Assembly (NCBI GenBank): GCA_965637545.1 | Contig: OZ281497.1 | Coordinates: 15,128,001 to 15,192,000 of the forward strand | Length of the DNA stretch: 64,000 nucleotides | Direction: 5' to 3' | Source: Phallusia mammillata | Lineage: Eukaryota | The notes under the pieces: generated by a model | Database searches by the model: none | What the model was told of the DNA's origin: nothing | The model's input: the letters and a program-made list of their open reading frames with translations, nothing else | Program-made: the position numbers and the translations under genes | Shown: positions 61,272 through 64,000 of the stretch, one piece after another | Layout: each line of letters begins with the position of its first letter | Numbering within the stretch: the first letter of the stretch is position 1

Positions 61272-62648
61272 GTATTGCGTTTGTTATCTTTTTTATTGTA
61301 AACAGGCTTCACCATTGACCTGAAGCTGTCAATACGTACAACCCAAAAAGAGCATGTCCCCGCTATAAAAAAACTGTTTTACGAAAATATTTGCATTAAG
61401 GCAACCAATTAAATTTTTTTTAGGTTTACGGGGCCATACACTAAACCAAAAAGTGTGATAAACATCTAGGGTGAATAAAATACCGAACGTTGTTAGAAAC
61501 AGGGCAGTAAAAATAAAGACGTTTCTTGGAAATAAGGACAATTATTTTCCTTTTGAAACATCGTTCATCAATCAAGGGCTTATGTAAAAATCAGGCCGGC
61601 ATATGGCAACCGTGTGTGCCCATTAATATGACTCTCTATAAACTGCAGAAAGAAATTTTGGAAACTTGCAAACTGTGCCTAAATTTCTATTGTCGCTTGA
61701 GGGCGCAGACAATACGTTTGTTTGGATCTACCTTCTGAGGGCAACCAGGCCCGTTTTGGTAAATCTTCGCAGACTCGTAACAGTAGTACAGAATTTACAC
61801 AAACATCAGAACAGTGACCTGTGCTCGCATATGTTAGCAAGCTATATTAGTTTGTCAATAAAGAGTATTGCAACATATGATTCATGTAATTGCCGAATCA
61901 GATACGCTGGCTAATTGTGGCGTGCGTTCGTTTATTGAACGGCTTTCGTTACTGTTTTGTTGCGACGTTTTAGTTGCGTCATAAGGTGACACGATGATTT
62001 GTCACGTACTGGGCTGTGTGCAGGCAATCCTAACGCAGGACTGAGGGGTATTGGTAGTACGACTGCCAACCCTAAAGTAACCGTCATATATTATCGAACA
62101 TTTCTTTACCAGTAAATGAATATTGGTTACAAAATGAAGCACAAAAAACGTGTACCGTGATATAGACATCAAAAATACATGAATATTAAATGCCCATGTT
62201 TAACCTATTTTGCTGCATCGTGGGACGATTGCATTGACGTTAGTATTTTTTTAAACGACAATGTACGTTTTTATCGACGTGACATTGCAAAACCAATAAT
62301 TAAAACATGACACATGTAATTAAAGCAGAACGTAATATAAGAAGCAACAATCGCTACAGTCATAAACCAACAAGGGTAAAAAACAAAATACAATATTAAA
62401 ATTATAAAAAAAAGTTTTTGTACATACTGCTCATTTTAGGAAATACTGTTGGAAATCATGTTGTATAACACTTAACTCGACGTCGAATATATATAACTTT
62501 ATACACATTACGTTGCTAAAGTCGACAGTCATATGTAAATTAACTTTAAAACGATTGCAGTGAGTGGTACTATGAATATCAACTAGACATGCTGCTAAAC
62601 GTATTTAAAACCCGGTTTGATAAACCGTTCTATGAAGTAAACTTGTGC

Positions 62649-64000
62649 TTAAATGGATGCCCGTTTCTTTCGAATAGTCGCGTGTGTGCTGCTTTTTGGA
62701 CTTTCAGGGGCTGACGAGGGTTGATGTGATTCTTGGCTGTTTGTGTGTGTTGAAATGTTATCGAAGGTGAACTTGTACGGGCTCGGATTGAGACGTGAAC
62801 CATTATCAAAGCGGGTCTCCGCCGCTCGCTTTAATCCAGGTGAAATGTCGCTTACGTTTGGTGCATAAGAACCCTTCGCAAATCCCAGCTGTGATTGATT
62901 GCGCTTCGACGTTGGGCCACAAATCGGAAACAATATTTCGCGCCATTTGCTGTATGTCGCTATCAGACACAGCTGGTTGACAACTATATTAAAGTTGTTC
63001 ATTGTGCTGATAAGCAGCAGTGGCGTGCCAACCCCGAAGAGCAAGGCAACTGTAACCATCGTTACGTCTGATATGATGCACATAGTGGTCCACATTACAG
63101 CGCGAATAACTGATTGCTGCATTCTTTTACTTAACATGTGCGTGGATGTGTTGACACGCAATTCCGATTTTCGACGACTGGATGCTGAAACACCAGGACC
63201 GTCTTTACTCTCCGAAAACCTTCTGCCGAAGAGTCGACCTTTTAGAGATCGATAAGGAGCATATAGTTTTGCCGCATGCAAGCCCAGGTTTTTTTGTCCA
63301 TGTTGTTTCTTTTCACCATTTATCTGCACAAAAATGTGGCCGTTATACCTTGCATGTTCTGCTAAAAATAAAGGACAAAATTGCTGCTAAACACGTAAAC
63401 AAAATATTTTCCTTTGACGATGATTACCAAGTCTCTGGACAACAAACAAACAATTATGGCATGTTGGCGGCGGTCCTATTCTATTACTTCCTACTTGAAG
63501 TACTTACCGACGCCGGTGATGATGCTGCTCCCTGGGGAGGTTGCCCTGGCGGTGCCAAAAAGCTGTCACGTGAAATACTTCTTCCGTCAGCTTTGTAGAC
63601 GTCAAACTGAGATGAACGAAATGCGCTGGACCTGCGACTGTGGTGAGAAGGGCTTGGCGACGGACATGCAACCCTGCCCATTCGATAAGCATCGATTTTT
63701 CGTCTCACGAGCGGATAGAGAAAAAGACCCAAAAGTGATAACTGAAATGTCGAGGTCAGCGCAATATAGAAGAATATAGGCAAGGCCTCGTGTGTATTTG
63801 CTATGTCGTATACAGCGACACAGCCAAGGTAGTAAATTCCAACCCCGTCATCTGCTCTGTACTTAATGGGAATAAGATGAAACACAGACAGCACGAGGAG
63901 TAAGGTCATAATAACTATAGGCAAATAGCGACTAAACCGAATCAAGTGCTTTCGGTAGATTAGGTTTTTGACCGCCGGATTGTGGTAAAACATCCACTGT
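62649..64000 (-). CDS. Orphan 7TM (rhodopsin-like topology) receptor, 3' part
   Basis: Exon from the window edge to 63508 (donor TCG|GTAAGT), then 63323-62649 (acceptor TTTTTGTGCAG), phase 0. Hydrophobic segments RYLPIVIMTLLLVLSVFHLIP, LPIFFYIALTSTFQLSLLGLFLYPL, VMWTTMCIISDVTMVTVALLF and LLLISTMNNFNIVVNQLCLIATY; an extracellular-loop Cys (YLGCV); a long basic/Ser-rich loop and a Ser-rich tail. No canonical NPxxY. The receptor call rests on topology. Confidence 0.72.

Noticed and set aside
61272-61320. Read-through past the SVEP1 exon-7 donor giving a hydrophobic tail ([15 protein letters not shown])
   Set aside because: Only about 10 hydrophobic residues, which T-rich intron sequence would produce; no transcript evidence.
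63414-63779. Plus-strand ORF containing WTCDCGEKG as a candidate next SVEP1 exon
   Set aside because: Antisense to the 7TM coding exon and lacks the multi-Cys spacing expected after the SVEP1 vWA domain.
1-64000. tRNA, rRNA, SL RNA or miRNA genes
   Set aside because: No cloverleaf, rRNA signature or leader sequence was recognised by eye; covariance-model searches are needed to exclude them.

Overview
Compact, AT-rich, intron-containing animal genomic DNA. Short GT-AG introns, a chordate-type gene set and abundant hAT/Tc2 MITEs suggest a tunicate (ascidian-like) genome; this taxonomic call is inference. I assembled eight protein-coding genes by hand and checked splice phase at every junction: an ankyrin-repeat gene (minus, runs off the left edge), then six plus-strand genes (cytosolic ALDH1-type aldehyde dehydrogenase, 13 exons; centriole factor SAS-6, 14 exons; an unusually large Patched, 28 exons, ~1886 aa; Rab27, 6 exons; an orphan O-fucosyltransferase-family type II membrane protein, 11 exons; the first 7 exons of SVEP1), and a minus-strand orphan 7TM receptor apparently nested in an SVEP1 intron (runs off the right edge). 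About 12 kb of non-coding DNA upstream of Patched and its first two introns carry Gli-type sites and orphan splice sites. Several non-autonomous DNA transposons have recognisable TIRs and target-site duplications. No rRNA, tRNA or CRISPR array was seen. The best leads are the Patched architecture (N-terminal extension, Cys/His modules, possible upstream exons and uORFs), the orphan glycosyltransferase beside SVEP1, the nested receptor, the altered ALDH pocket and the apparent ancient linkage of these genes. None is demonstrated to be novel without database searches.
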